Below, in pieces: positions 39,831 through 52,459 of a DNA stretch of 64,000 nucleotides. This stretch comes from Lama glama (taxonomy: Eukaryota), in contig CM052818.1 of NCBI GenBank assembly GCA_028534125.1, positions 5,334,001-5,398,000 on the forward strand. The letters run 5' to 3'. How positions within the stretch are numbered: position 1 is the stretch's first letter; every line of letters begins with the position of its first letter. A program made the position numbers and the translations under genes. The notes beneath the pieces were generated by a model, which saw nothing but the letters and a program-made list of their open reading frames with translations, did no database searches and was not told where the DNA came from.

Positions 39831-39992
39831 CCTTACAGGAGAGCAGTTACTAGTCCTATTTCTTAACAAATGAGAAAGACGTTGATGTTCAGACGTGAGG
39901 TTACAGAGGGCACAACTAGGGAAAGCAGACAAAGTGAATGATGTAAAATACCTTGAATTTTATATAAAAAGACAAGATGTAGAGACAAATTA

Positions 39993-40220
39993 TTTTTTTT
40001 CTGGGCCTATAGCTGATTTATAATGTTGTGTTAGTTTCTGGTGTACAGCATAGTGATTCAGCTATACATGTATATATTCTTTTTCATATTGTTTTTATTA
40101 TAGGTTATTATAAGCTGTTGAATACAGTTCCCTGTGCCATACAGTAGGGCTTTGTTGTTTGTTTATTTTATATACAGTAGTTTTTATCTTCAAATCCCAA
40201 ACTCCTAATTTATCCCCCAC
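39993..40220 (-). mobile_element. Artiodactyl/camelid-type L1 3' tail
   Basis: tgttagtttctggtgtacagcatagtgattcag...gttccctgtgccatacagtagg...cccaaactcctaatttatccc. Confidence 0.88.
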
Positions 40221-40779
40221 ATTAGGTTTTAGAAGCACAGAAAAGGCAAGTGTCAATAACTGGAAGCATGGCAGCTCCATCACTAGAAGTTTTTCTAGGA
40301 ATCAGGAGGGAGGATCCGGTCTGCAGGAAGATGGTTAGTACAGTAAAGACTTAGTATATATCCACATAGGTAAGTCCTGAAGAGGTTTTTGATGTAAGTC
40401 TAAAGTGCAGTCTTTTATATGTTATTAATAATTGGCAGCCTCTGCGGTTGCAAGCCTCACCAGCTTCAGTGCTGCTGCAAAGGCTGTCAAAGTTCAGTTC
40501 TGGACCCAGTGCTGACCAGGGTTGGAGTCCCTGGGAGAGGTGCTTCCCTGCTGCGGCCACTGGAGACCAGGATCACCGCGTGTCACAGACACCATCCACA
40601 ACTGGGAGTGAGTGCTGCACTGCGGGGACCAGGAGAAGGAGTTTCTATCTTTCTTCTGCTTTCTGGTCTCCCCCAGGTGCCTCTACCATCAGCTATAATA
40701 GCGAGCCAGCTGGCAAGGAAGCCCAGGGAAAAATAAGTTTGCTGACTCCCAGTCCCAGCGGCACAGGGTGAAATATAAA

Positions 40780-41100
40780 AGTGTAGAGCTGAGAACAGAC
40801 AGGTAATTCACCAGCACAGTGTCTACAGGAGTCACTGCAGAGAGAGAACAGGGATGAAGGTGGAAATTGCAGCAATGGAAAAAAGAGAAATGGTTAGAAA
40901 AACATGAACCAGAAAAAGTCAAGTGCCCCAGAAGTCCAACGAAGAGAGAGTTTCAAAAGGCAATGCATTCAGTGGTGTCCACTGCTAGAGAGAGGGCAAG
41001 GTCTAAGTGAAGGTCATTGGATTTGACCATCAACAGTCCTAACAACCTAGAAAATCTAGTGTCAATTTCTCAACCATTGCAGGAGCAGTTGCCAGATTTC
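40780..41100 (-). mobile_element. L2 LINE fragment
   Basis: gaagagagagtttcaaaagg...gctagagagagggcaagg...cattggatttgacc. Confidence 0.55.
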
Positions 41101-41219
41101 GGAGAAAGTTAAATTTCAGCGTGTACAATGGAGGTTATAAACTACTCATTCTTGAAATCTAGCAGAAAATGTGAGCAATCAACTGACTTACACACCTTTC
41201 TCAGAAATTGGACTGTAAT

Positions 41220-41332
41220 TTGGGTGACCAACTTGTTCCCATTTGTCTAGAACGTTCATAGATTCAGCTTGGAAAGCCCCTGGTTCCAGCAATCCCTCAG
41301 TTCCAGGCAAGCTGAGATGGCAGGTCACTGTG
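41220..41332. mobile_element. MER81-like hAT-Blackjack MITE
   Basis: gggtgaccaacttgttcccatttg...gaaagcccc...ccctcagttccaggcaagctgagatggcaggtcac with gggtgacc/ggtcac-type ends. Confidence 0.7.
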
Positions 41333-44300
41333 ACTGTGAACTGTCTTAGAGAATGTTCACAAATGAGCTATATTCAGACTTCAACAAAGGATGCAGAAGA
41401 CTTGGTTACGCGTAAGTCCTGATACATTTCCAGAGTCACCATTGTTTTGCTCCCTGGTTCACTAACAGTGCAGTCATTCCACTTGACTTTTAAATGGGAT
41501 TCCTCTCCATCCAGGTCTCACCCTCTTTAGTCCGTCTACTAGCTGCAGTGACATCCCAAGAGAAGCATTCTCCTACTTGGCTTTTCAAGCTCAACCTTTT
41601 CACGACACCCCAGTTAATTAATATCTGCCCTGGGTCAGCCTGGAGGAAAACGCATTGAGCTTGGAGATTTCCATTTTAACATTGAACTCCGGGAAGGAGC
41701 AAGGCAAATTTATACCAGTGGGCCTAATTGCTAGAGAGGTAATTCTGCAAAGATGGAAATCAGCTGAAAGATTAACACTGCTCTACCAGCTTGAGTGCCC
41801 TGGCTAACAAAGAGAAAATAATCTTTCAATTAAATGAAAGGATACTGAATTAGGGAGATTACTCAGGAGGCTGGTAATGGAATGCAGAACCTTTCACCTC
41901 CAGGTCACCATTACCGATCTGGTCCAGGGCAGTTCTAGACCATAGTTTTGAGGGGCTGATGGTTCACCCCAGCCCTTCCTGTCTGCAGCGCTTGATGAAC
42001 TGGTCTCCCAACGCCCCTGCATCAGCCCCAAAGGTCGCTGTGGTTCACTGAAGTAGAGGAGGAAACAAAGCCCCTCTTTGGAGAGGAGGGGCTGGCCGTG
42101 AGGATAACCCAGGGCTAAGGCAGCGAACAAGGCCCGCGACAGGGGAATTAGGGTAGCGGAAACGGTTCCAAGCAGGGAGCCCGCCAGAGGAGGGGGATCA
42201 TGTTTCCACCCGCACAGGAGGCAGTTCAGGGCTTCACCTGAATTCAGATCAGGCTAGATGTGGAAGTGGTGACTAAGGTTTGTTCTCTGTGTGGGTCGGG
42301 AGGGTGTGGTAGGGAGGAGGGGATTTGCCCCGGAAGTCAAATCTTCATTAGGCATCAGAACACAAGGAGCAAAACTGAGTCCTAAAATCACTTGTTGTCA
42401 CCCACGTGTGGCTATGTCCCAGGGCTTATCTTCTTCCACAAAATATCCCCCAAGACGGACAAAGTCCGATAGAAGATTAGCTTAATTCCCGATGCCAGTG
42501 TAACAAAAACCCGTCCCCATAATGGAACCCATATGTCAGCTGGGGTCCCCCTCTCCTCGATAATCAAGATAAGACTGTCTCAGGCTTTACCTTCCGTAGC
42601 TTGTGGGAGTCTTGAAAAGTGCCCGCGATTTCTGCAGATGCTCAGAGGCTGTGCTCTTCCCATCACCTCTGGATCGAAACTCCTGCTTTTCCTGCATATG
42701 TTCAGTGTGTAGCGTATCTTCCCATCCTGGACCCGCTGTGTCCAAGAAGATCGAAATGGGAAACTCAGCCCCTTCCTCCGCCTCCACAGTCACTGTGTTA
42801 TCCCAAGATACTAACATGCACAGAGACTTCATTCAAAATGGGATGTGCGGTGCGGAGGGGAGGACACTGTTTGTATCACAGCAACCCTCACCCAGCCTGT
42901 TGCTATCCAACTGCCTCTCTCTTTTCCCCTTGGCTTTCAAGTGGGCCCCAGCAACCCCACATTCTTATCTCCTTTGCAGTTCTCACTTCCAAAGTCTCTG
43001 AGACCACCTCCTTGAGCCCCTTGGCAAAAGAGCCACCAGGTCAGGAATCCACCCTCCAGAGGAGGCAGTTTGGGTTTGAAGAAACTTTTTTTTTCCCCTC
43101 CCCACGACAGCAATAGACCAGAGAACTATTTCAACCATAGCCCAAGAAAAGGATCTTCCCAGTTCAGTTCAGTTCATTTCTTAGGACATAAAAGAGAAAC
43201 CTGGTCATGTAGGAGTGTTCAAATACACGTTGGCAGATTGGGTTCCCCCAGGTAGAAGGTGTACCTAGAATTCTGGCTCCTTGCTGAAGAATTACACGGA
43301 ATACTGACACAGTGGGGACTGGCTGTGGCCATGTTATTAGACGTGAACGGTCTTTATTCAGTCAGTTTGGAAGTAATTCCACACTGATGAACCAAACCTT
43401 TAATAAAGACAGTGTGGGGACATTCGGCTCGAGAGGGACTGCCCTGAGCCAAGTGCCTTGGAATGTGTTTCTGATGGTGCAGGGTAGGGTGGGGGAGTTC
43501 TGTCATTTCACCAGAGAATGCAGCTTTATCATCACCAGCTGCTGGAAAAGTCTAGTCTTCAAAGTTGTCTTCTAGAGGCGTAACTGTGATAAGTATAGTT
43601 TTTCTCTTTCCTATTAAATGTTATAGCAATGTACACACTAAGCATAAGATGTTGCCTAAAATACCTTAGTTCCCACCTAATTCAAACCTTTATTTTACAA
43701 ATAAGGAAACTGAGGCCCTAGGAGGCTGGTGGCCCTGGGGCAGGAAAAGGGAGGTTTTCTCCTCGTCTGCCCACGTTCCCATCCCATGGGTCTCATGCAT
43801 TAATGCCTTGTAGATTTATAAGAGCAAAAATGACGTATGGGTCCTGGGGAACGACAGCAAGGAGGATTTTTTTAAACATATGCTTAAGTATTCTGTGTCC
43901 TTGATTCGATGGGAGCTGTAAGAGGACAGGGGAAAGCTGACCTATAGATCACTGGGATAATCCAGCTGGGCCAAATAAGACAGCTTTTCATTAGCTGGGT
44001 ACTTTGTTGTAGCTGGGATATTTTTATTCTGGTAATGGAGAGATAGATATGGCCTCTGGGAACAGTTCTTGGAAATTGTACTTTCTCCAGATGCTCAATT
44101 TGGGTGTGGGACAGATCGGCTTCAAGGCCAAGAGCAACAAACATTACCACAATCCCACTGGTCGGAGAGTGGAGGATCTTCAAAGGTCTGGAGGTTTGCC
44201 ACGAGACCCTTGGGCTTTTGTCATCAGTCTCTACAGCAACCTTCAAATTCCTAGGACAGCAATAGCTGTCGAAGTCGATGGGCAACAGAGCGTGCTCCGG

Positions 44301-45016
44301 CAGGAGCGAGGCACGCTGTTGAGCTCTGGTGCTTAACGCCCCTCTCTGGACACTCAGTCCATCAGGCTGCAAGACGGGCATTTAGTGAGGTTAGTCACTT
44401 ACCTAATGGTTCCCCAGCACCCAGTGGGAGGTCAGAAAGTTCCTCCTGCCCTGGGCTGCCACGCTTACTGGCAGAAACTGGCCAAACGGAAAATACCTGG
44501 GAGTATTTTTAAGTACAAAATCTGGTTCTGATAAGTCATTATGTCCATAAAGCCATCCAGTATTAATTTTTATTGAGTCTTTTCCAAAGCACACTTGGAA
44601 ATCTCAAGTTTGGAAGTGGGGAGGATGAGTAAGTCAAGACATCCACAATCTATTATATTGGCAAATCAACATCAGTGGTAGATATGTATGAAGGTCCACA
44701 CACTGGAAATACAGATACAGAGTGGAGAGTTCCCACTCACGTCTGTATAGCAAGTCCGTAAGAAACAGCCTCTATGTGCAGCAAGATATGTGCTCACAAA
44801 ACACTCCATTCTAGTTAGTGTCACAAACTGTCAGCAGATAATTGCCCTCTTTCCTGCCTGACTTTCACATGCAGCAGACCCTCACGGTCTGTGGGCACTT
44901 GCCTTAATTTGGAAAAATCTGAATTCCAGAATTTGTTGCCAAAGAAATGTTCTTTTGCATGTTTTAAGAATACACTTATCTGTGTATTTCAGTAAACTCA
45001 TTTGCAATTTGAACTT

Positions 45017-46400
45017 ATTTTAATTGAGGTAAGGTTGGTTTATAACAGTATATATGTTTTATGTGTACAGCATTTATATTTTGACTTCAGTATACACTAT
45101 CGTGTGCTCACCCCTAGAAGTTTAGTTTCCAGCTGTCACCATACAATTGAGCCCATTACCCATTTTGTCTTCTTCCTCACTCCCTTCCCCTCTAGTAACC
45201 ATTACTCTGTTCACTGTATTAATATTTTTGTTTGGTTTGGTTTGTTCATTTTTTTAATCCTACATCTGAGTGAAATCACACAGTATTTGTCTTTCTCCAT
45301 CTGACTAATTTCACTAAGTATAATACCCTTAAAGTCCATCCATGTTGTCACAAATGGCAAAAGTTTGTTCTTTTTCGTGGCTGAGTAGCATTCTATTGTG
45401 TATATATACCACTTCTTTATCCATTCATCTGGTGATGGACAAGATATAGGTTGTTTCCATATCTTGCCTACAGTAAATAATGCGGCAATGAACACAAAGG
45501 TACATATATTTTTTCAAATTAGTGCTTTTGTAATATATTTAGATAAATATCCAGAAGTGAAATAGCTTCATCATATGGTAGTTCTATCCTTAATTTTGGG
45601 GGAAGACTCCATGCTGTTTTCCATAGTAACTGCACCAATTTTCATTTTTATCAACAGTGTATGAGTGTTTCCTTTTCTCCACCTTCTCTCCAAAATTTAT
45701 TATTTCTTGCTTTTTTGATCATAGATATTCTAATGGGCATGAGGTAATATCTCATTGTGGTTTTAATTAGCATTTCCCAAATAATTAGTGATGTTGAGCA
45801 TCTTTTCATGTGCCTATTGGCCATCTGTATATCTTCTTTGGAAAAATGTCTTTTCAGATTCTCTGCCCATTTTTTAATTGGGTTGTTTGTCTTTTGTTGT
45901 TGAGTTGTATGAATTCTTTATATATTTTGGACATTGATCTCTTTCTGGTTATATGGTTATGCAATTTGCAAATATCTTCTCCCTTTTGGTAGGTTGTCCT
46001 TTTGTTTTATTGATGGTTTTCTTTGCTGTGCAGAAACTTTTTAGTTTTATGTAGTCCAATTTGTTTATTTTTGCTTGTTTCCCTTGCCTGAGGAGACATA
46101 TCCAGAAAGATACTGCTAAGACTTATGTCAAAGAGTCTAGTGACTTTATTTACTTCTAGGATTCTTGTGTTTTAGGTCTTACATTTAAGTCTTTAATCCA
46201 TTTTGAGTTCATTTTTGTGTACGTTACGAGAAAGTGGTCTAGTATCATCCTTTTGCATGTAGCTGTCCAGTATTAATTTTAAATTTCTCCTTTGATTTCT
46301 TCACTGGCCCAACAGTTGTTCAGTAGCATGCTGTTACAGTCTCCACGTACATGTGATTGTCCAAGCTTTCTTCATGTAGTTGATTTCTAGTTTCATACCA
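45017..46400 (-). mobile_element. L1 3' end joined to an endonuclease-proximal ORF2 segment (internal deletion)
   Basis: ORF 45211-45495 (MFIAALFTVGKIWKQP...) is the ORF2 C-terminus; 46270-46400 encodes NGMKLEINY...WRL..MLLNN.W..EEIKGEI from the N-terminal part of ORF2. Confidence 0.88.
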
Positions 46401-46484
46401 TTCTAATCTGAATTTAAAAATATTACTCATCCTTAAACATGGATTTGGTTGACTATTATACTAGCCATTTATAATCTAATTTAA

Positions 46485-46540
46485 ATTCTTCTTTTTAGCA
46501 TTTTTTACTGAGTTACAGTCATTTTACAATGTTGTGTCTT
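46485..46540 (-). mobile_element. Very short camelid-type L1 terminal fragment
   Basis: gcattttttactgagttacagtcattttacaatgttgtgtc. Confidence 0.55.
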
Positions 46541-48577
46541 AACGTACTTTTCAGTGATGTAAAAATAGATCTCATCCTATTTTCTACTCAAAGATGTATC
46601 GGTTCCACTGAGTCTGTGACTCTGTTTCCCTGCTTTCATTGCACTTCTAACTGGTTTTTATCTTTCTACTTGACATACTTTTTTCTTTCTTTCCTTTTTT
46701 GTTTTTTCTTTGTTTGTTTTCTTTTACTTTGTTTGTTTTGTTTTTTGAGGAACAATTTAAAATTGAGCTGAGATAATTTAAATGAAGATTGTCAAAGCCA
46801 GTTACAGACTGACCGGAAATGACAGTTGACGATTGGATAGATATGATGTATTAGGAGTTCTCCCTCACAAAGAGGATGCATTTTTCCCAGTTTCTCTCAT
46901 GAAGAAGACAGCGCAACTTTTCTATAGTTCACTTATTTTTAGATAGGCTGATGTGCTGAACTGAAGGACTCACTGCTTTTGTCATTAAGTCACCACAGAT
47001 GTTCCCCTGAAAAGAGAGAAACAGCCCTGCTGAACTGGTTTGAAGAAGAGGCTAACAGGCATCTAGGACTTGGTCTGGTTGGATGGCTGTGTAGTAAATG
47101 CCAGGACACAGTCTGCTGTCATAGTGAACACCCAACCAATGGAATGGCTGCACTGCTACTCTGAGCACTGAACTCCATCACTTCCCAGAGGCCAAGGGGG
47201 AACAGACCACTGAGGGAAAACATCACAAAGGTTAACACACATGCATGTTCACGTCTGACCTAAACATTTTGGCCAAGGAGATCACTTAAAACAGGGCTCC
47301 TATTTCATGTCCATAAAGTGTATTTTCTTCACCTCAAAGTTCGGAGGTGTTGGAAAGCATATAGGATCGAGACTCAGAAGATCTGCCTCTAGTCTGGTCC
47401 GGCCAATGGCTAGTTCCATGATTCCTGGTTGGGTAGAGTCTACATCTCCATCCATGACACAGCTCCTGGGAGAGGAAGGCGTTGGTGCCTGGGAGAGGGA
47501 AGCTTCTGATTTGCCTTTTGGGTTGTTGGTCTGTCAGAAAAAGATGTTCACCATCCTGAACCCTCCCTTGTGCCTCCCTGTTTCTCCGTTTTGCCACCCT
47601 CGAGTCTCTCTGTGGCTATCTATAAACACAGAATTCTAAAGTGATAGGTTTTCAGGATATATTGCACTAATACATCATCAGCATTGTCATTATGATGTAT
47701 TAACACAATGCATCATCATAGACCTGTCAGAGCCATGATTTATGACTCAAAAATGTGTTGTGGGACAGCGAGACATCAGGGACCCCACTGACTGAATGCT
47801 TGTTTATTTTTACACTTAAGGGCTTTGAAAGTAAGCTTCAGACTACTTTTCCTCGAAGAAGAACCAGGGGAAGACTTTGAAAAAAAGGACTCCATTTCAA
47901 AACACTGGAGGGGCCAGTGGGTCACACTTAAGATATGAAGGTTTATGTTTTCCCAGACCATTTTAAGTTCAGAATCAAACTTCTATACTCCCAGTCATTT
48001 GGCTCCCACTGGAAGAATCTAGCCCTTTCCATGTCTTTCCACCCCTCTCTTTAGAACTCCCTTAATAGTTAAGTCTGTGAGGTGTGGTAGGAAAGGTATA
48101 CATTAGAGGCTTTCTTTTACTGCCAAAAGAAATAAGGATAGTGTTTTATTTTATGAGAGTAATAAATGCGATTATGCAGGGAAAATTTGCTTGCAAGGTA
48201 GCTGGGACTGGCATTACACATTTTCTTTCTGAGCATTAACATCTTCCATAATGTTCTCAACAAAGTACTAAGCACATACTGCGTGAAAAGCATTGAGCCC
48301 CATGCCAAGAGAAAGGCAGAAGACGTGGAGCCATTGCAGAGAAAGAAAGAGAAAAAAAAAAAGGTATGAGAATTAAAGTAAGCTAAAAAGAAATACTGTA
48401 TCACTTGAATTATAATAACCCCAAGGAAATGACTGAGATGGAAGAAGGTTCACCAGGAAAGGCTTCTTTCTGGACAAGGTGAGTCATGGGGCAAAGCTGG
48501 AAGGACAGACATTAGGGAAGAGATGAGAGGACTGTCTGACTATCCCCAACTCTAGGATGATAAGTCTTTCCAGAGTA

Positions 48578-48700
48578 CAGTCACCCCTCGGCATCTGCGG
48601 TGGACTGGTTCCAGGACCCCTGCAGAAACCCAAATCCATGGACGCTCAAGTCTCTTGCATAAAATGGCAGAGTACAGTCGGCCATTAGTATCAGCGTCTG
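48578..48700 (+). mobile_element. MER2/MER2B-like TcMar-Tigger MITE, 5' part
   Basis: TA|cagtcacccctcggcatctgcgg...ggttccaggacccc...aaatccatggacgctcaagtc. Confidence 0.8.
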
Positions 48701-49729
48701 TGCACCTTCCCTCATTTATTCCCCAGAGCCTGGCTTCTTAAGAACTAAAGGGACACTGTGGCTGGAGTCTGCGAACTTGGATTGACTCAGGTCCTCTCTG
48801 CATAGCTCATCTCCACCCTTCAATGTGTCTAGCCAACAAATCATCACTTTCATAAATGACAAAATCTGTAATGATCAGAAAGGTAGAAAGTGCCTTTGGC
48901 CAAAGATTATTATTGGATTTAAGGATCTGGGGCATGGCCCCAAACTTGGCAGATCAGAGCAAATGTCACCTTAAGGATTTTTGTACACCATGACACATTT
49001 TTTCTTATTAAAAAAAAAAAAAGCCTACTACAATTACGGCCAGGCCTGGTTCATCCAGGCTTATTCATCCCCATGTCTAGGGAGCCTGGAAATGTTAACT
49101 AGTAGAGAATTCACTCACAGGAGAAGCAGGGAATTTGCCAAGAGTTTGTTAATCCCAGGGTTTATTTTTTTATCCAAATGTAAAGGGAGTTTGCAAACTG
49201 CTTCAGATTAACCAGGTCAAGTTGTATATTTTACTAACTTTAAAACATTTGTTAAAAAGTCCTTTTCACATTAGAAAAAAAAAAAGGCCTAGGGTTAGAC
49301 AGAGGTAGTGAGAGTGAAGGGAGGTTGTCTGCTTAATAAAAGTTATAAAGGGAGATGTGTCAGCTGCTTAATTTCCACTTTCTGGTTTCGGCCAGAAACA
49401 GCTGCAAAATGTCTATTCTAACTCAAGTCTTTTTATGACTTTCACTAACTTCTTATTAAAAAAATTTTCTGAGAAATCTCACCACCATGGAGAGAAGAAA
49501 GGACATATATGAGCACTTTATGCCTCGTTCACCATCACAGATGAATCAAAATCTTCAGGATAACTTGGTTATTGGCTTCAGGCATTTCTGTTTTCCTGCT
49601 GTATTTTCCAGAAAAGCAAAATTACTCAGTTTTCTCCTATGTACTACATTAGAATCACAGAAATGGCTGCCATGATTAAAATTCATCAATGGAGCCCAAC
49701 TGTCCCCAAGATGACATCTGAGCTCCCCT

Positions 49730-50244
49730 ACATGCATTCAAAAGTCTTCATGACCTAGTCTGTCTTTACCTCTCCACCTGTATCCTCCACTATTTCCATG
49801 TCTTAAATTCTAAATTCTTGCCATACTGAACAATTAATGGTTCACACCTGGCCAGCCTCTCTCTTGTCTCCCAGCCTTGCCCATGCTGTCCCTCTGTCTT
49901 CTCACCTCGGCTCCCCCACATTTTGTCTGGCTCACTCCTCATCCTTTAGGTTTCAACTTGGGCATCGTGTCTCCCAGCATGCTCTCCTCATCACCTTAAG
50001 ACAAGGGCGAGCTGCCCCATCTGTGTGCTGCCATGTCAAAACTTGCCTGGATTTTTCCAGTACTGATCACACTGTAGTGGAATCATCACACTTGGACCCT
50101 TGTCCCTGTGCAGACAATTGGCCCTTCAGCTTCAGACTCCATCTCAGTCTCAGTTATATCTCCCCGTATCTAGCATAGTGCCTGGAAAATATTTATATGA
50201 TGCCTCATATAAATATCTGTTGAGTAAGTGAGTGCAAATGAGTG

Positions 50245-50245
<1 letters not shown>
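49730..50245 (+). mobile_element. L2 LINE 3' region
   Basis: ccttgcccatgctgtccctctg...ctggctcactcctcatcctttagg...tagcatagtgcctgg...aaatatctgttgagtaagtgagtg. Confidence 0.75.

Positions 50246-50249
<4 letters not shown>

Positions 50250-50275
<26 letters not shown>
50250..50275 (+). repeat. (TA)13 microsatellite
   Basis: Read directly. Confidence 0.97.
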
Positions 50276-50337
50276 AATTGCATGTCCTGCTGCAAAACTT
50301 GCATTGATTTATATGATATTGTAAATATATTAAAGTA

Positions 50338-50540
50338 TTGCAAATGTTAGCCACTATATATAAAAATAGGTATTCAAAATTTCTTCTGTATAGCACAGGG
50401 AACTATGTTCAATATCTTGTAATAACTTTTAATGGAAAAAATATGAAAACGAACATACATATGTACATGCATGACTGGGACACTGTGCTGCACACCAGAA
50501 ATTGACACATTGTAACTAACTGTATTTCAATTAAAAAAAA
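50338..50540 (+). mobile_element. Camelid-type L1 3' tail
   Basis: tttcttctgtatagcacagggaactatgttcaatatcttg...gcatgactgggacactgtgctgcacaccagaaattgacac. Confidence 0.88.
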
Positions 50541-51499
50541 GTTCTTTACACATTAGCAAGATTTTCACTCCAATACAAAGCCTTGGGTACAGCAAATGCT
50601 CAATCTGTACTGGGCAATTGACTAATAGAAGCTCTTTGTGTCCAATGGAACAACTGACATCTTTGTTATGCAGAACCAAAGACCATGCCTAACTTAGTAC
50701 GCCATGTTACTGCTATTTGTATCATGTTGGAACACTGAAATCTTACATTCTTTTTTTTTTTTTTCAGTTGAGTCAACTTAAACATAGGCTCCTTGGGTAT
50801 TTACCGCCTTGTTCAAGAATTGGTTCACCATTAAGAAGATTTTGATCTAGTGTAAGGTATATTTTAAGAGACTCCCCAAAAAGCACAGTTATCCCTTTTT
50901 TGCCCCTCTTAAATCACTGCCCTGAAATGTCTCATCAGCATTTTACCATGTGAGCTCAGAGCTTTATCTCCATGAAAATGTTGGTAGCCCCTGGCAGAGA
51001 GGTTCTTGGTCTGTTTAGTCATCAAGACTCTGACGTTGGCAACATCACTCCAATCTCTCTTGAAAGTTCTTAGGTGGATCTGTATCTTGATTAAGACCCC
51101 TGGAAGGCTAGACAATGAATCCAGTAGCAGGCAGTGTCTGCAAAGCCATCACCACACAACACCATCTGGCAGAGAGCACAGTCTAGGGAAGTGGAGTCTG
51201 GGCTGGGTAAGGCTTGACAAAGAGAGGATTCTCGGAGAATGCTGGCATGATTGCCCTGACCGAGTATGGTGCCGTAGAAGCCCGTGAGCATCTAGGGAGC
51301 AGTCTGGGGATACTGATGCCTGGAGTAGAGTTGGACCTTCAAGGGGACAGACAGAAAATGAAGGAGGGAGGAGGATGAAACACAAGCTACACGGACTTTA
51401 GTTTTTCCTTCTACGCCTGAACCAGAGGTGGCATCTGGGAAACAGCAATGCTAACCCCGGTAGCCACCTTCAGCTAACATAAGGGTATCTTTATAGCTC

Positions 51500-51680
51500 A
51501 GTGGAAGGAGTGGGGGCATTTGAATCAGAAGGATTCAGGCTCCCTTTTATGGTTATATGGCCTTGGACAGGTCATCTCAAAGACTCAGTTTTTCAACTAT
51601 AAAACAGGAATGGCAATGCTTACTCTGCAAACCATTCTGAGGATGAGAGGTAATATCTGTCTCACAAATGGTGCTTATTA
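51500..51680 (+). mobile_element. MIR SINE
   Basis: ggccttggacaggtca...ctcagtttttcaactataaaacagga. Confidence 0.6.
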
Positions 51681-52459
51681 AGTTTCCTTCCCCGTCAACA
51701 GGATTGCAATGCCTTTTCGGTTTGGCATTTAATTCTGAGTTATCATCACCATTAGCCAATAGAATGCTCTTACAGCATTTTTCTCTAACAGGAGAGGGGA
51801 AAAAGGGAATAGCTAAAGTTGAGACCTCCTAGATTTAGAGGTACCTGTTGCCAACACTATAAAGTGAGCTCCATCTTCCTCATGTCAAAGCCATTGGAAG
51901 GAAAATGTGAAAATTCAATTAGTTGTAAGTTCTGTCTCCAAAAATCCAGGTATTTGGCCATGTGGGAGAAACAGTATATGACGTGATGACTTTTTCACTT
52001 GTCCTCCATGTGGCTTGGCCTCTTAGAGGAACAGTCATCAGTATAGATACCAATGTCATTTTGAGTCTTCAGGTTTTCTGTTCTCATCAGTCTAGATCAC
52101 GGGCCAAACTACTGACTCACTCTTGCTCCCTCCAGAGGTCCAGGCGGATGTGTTTGTTAATATTCTAATGAGTCTTTTTGCTCCATTTCAGAGCAGGTTT
52201 CTTTCAAAAGAAGGTTTTAAAGAAATCTAGATTTTGTGAAGCAGCAATTAACCTATTTTGCTAACTTCCATTGGACTATTTTAAAATTCTCTGAGTGATG
52301 ATATTCTTCATGAATTATCACTGTTTTAAATGCATCTTACACTTTCGGAGCACGTTTGAGATGTCTCCTGCCAAATCACACATAGAATTGCCAACAGTTA
52401 AACAGGTTTTTTTTTTTTTTGAGATGAATCAGAGAGAAATGAATTGAAGACCTTCAAAG

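Noticed and set aside
42603..43116. Overlapping plus-strand ORFs of 132 and 165 aa
   Set aside because: Non-ATG starts, composition typical of GC-richer non-coding DNA, no recognisable domain
43884..44381. 165-aa minus-strand ORF
   Set aside because: No recognisable homology and no processed-pseudogene hallmarks such as poly(A) or TSD
48420..48486. Short ORF ending at strong donor AAG|GTGAGT
   Set aside because: The sequence resembles a degenerate antisense L2 segment (ggaaaggcttc...aaggtga) and no acceptor is apparent
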